DNA of 64,000 nt from Octopus vulgaris (taxonomy: Eukaryota). Location: contig OX597817.1 in NCBI GenBank assembly GCA_951406725.2, positions 136,586,001 to 136,650,000 on the forward strand. The letters run 5' to 3'. The notes below the pieces were generated by a model. The model saw only the letters and a list, made by a program, of their open reading frames with translations. It searched no databases and was not told where the DNA came from. Positions 62,993-64,000 of this stretch are shown here, piece after piece. A program made the translations under genes and the position numbers. The first letter of the stretch is position 1. Each line of letters starts with the position of its first letter.

Positions 62993-63384
62993 AAGTCATC
63001 TTTAAAGAAATCCATGGCAACATGGATGTTAAATGTTGATGGTGATAACACACACACACACACACGTTGATGTCTGATTATTTTACTTAAGACAATCCAC
63101 TAAATTACATCTTGTATTTCTGTAGCATCAATTTAACATTTTCATCTTTTACATCACCGAATACTTTTCAAAACAAAGGAACTTGAGAAAAATGATACCT
63201 TTATAATTTATTCTAATCTAATGAGGTTATTGTTTAATCTCATTAAGACTATTATTTCTTTAATTGCAACAGCAACAAGGAAAAAAAATAGTTAAAATGT
63301 AAGTAAAATAAAATAAACAAACAAGAAAAACTTAGAAATTGTCATTTGGCTGTTTGTTACTGTAATGTTAATATATATGCTGTT

Positions 63385-63399
63385 GCCACCGCCACCACC

Positions 63400-63453
<54 letters not shown>

Positions 63454-63478
63454 GCTACTGCTGCTGCTGCTGCTGCTT
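63385..63478. repeat. Compound (CCA)n(CTA)n(CTG)n trinucleotide repeat
   Basis: The repeat is directly visible. Confidence 0.97.
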
Positions 63479-63687
63479 GTTTCAAATTTTGGCACAAGGC
63501 CAGCCATTTTGAGGGCAGGGAGTTTGTTGGTCCCATCATCCCTTGTACATGATTCACTTGATTTCATTGACCCCAGAAAGATTAACGGTGAAGCTGATCT
63601 CAACCAGATTTGAACTTAAAATGTAAAGAGCTGGAAGAAAATCTGCAAGACATGCTGTTCACCATTCTGTTCTGCCAGCTTGCTGCC

Positions 63688-63724
<37 letters not shown>

Positions 63725-64000
63725 CAATAATAATACTACCTTCTACTATTGGCACAAGGCCTGCAATTTGGTGGAGGGGGATAGTCAATTTCATGGACCC
63801 CAGTGCGTAAATGGTACTTATTTCATTGATAATAATAATGATAATAATAATTATTGGTTTCTGATTTTGGGATAACCCCAGCAATTTTATGGGGAAAAAG
63901 ATTAGTAAATTTCATTGGTCCCCTGTTTTTGAAAATTACTTCATTTTATTGACCCTAGAGGGAAGAAAATAGGACCATTCTTGGCAGGATTTGAACTCAG
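63479..64000 (-). mobile_element. Cluster of three family-A SINE copies in (AAT)n
   Basis: Copies at about 63479-63690, 63740-63830 and 63855-64000 are separated by AAT tracts. Confidence 0.85.

Noticed and set aside
63292-63613. Poly-Ser, poly-Leu, poly-Thr and poly-Val ORFs
   Set aside because: These are frames of a compound trinucleotide repeat running into a SINE.

Overview
This is AT-rich, microsatellite-dense, non-coding animal DNA. It is very probably from an Octopus genome, judged from the recurring tRNA-derived SINE and RTE families as I recall them; no database search was run. I found no intact protein-coding gene, rRNA, true tRNA or CRISPR array, so the window looks like a large intron or intergenic stretch. 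It is filled with decayed mobile elements: two tRNA-headed SINE groups, many 3' ends of RTE LINEs, CR1-like and R4/Dong-like LINE ends, three mariner relics, a Buster-type hAT relic, hAT/piggyBac/foldback MITEs, a deleted Helitron and several Penelope-like elements (PLEs). The most notable structure is a PLE family ordered as GIY-YIG endonuclease stop, tRNA-Ser(GCU)-like module, (AAT)n, hammerhead ribozyme, then a short tail (30.25-30.73 kb). Two derived inverted two-arm insertions with 13-bp and 14-bp target-site duplications lie at 27.9 and 32.3 kb. Several local fold-back or inverted duplications also sit at transposon junctions. All alignments and translations were done by eye, and boundaries of decayed elements are approximate.
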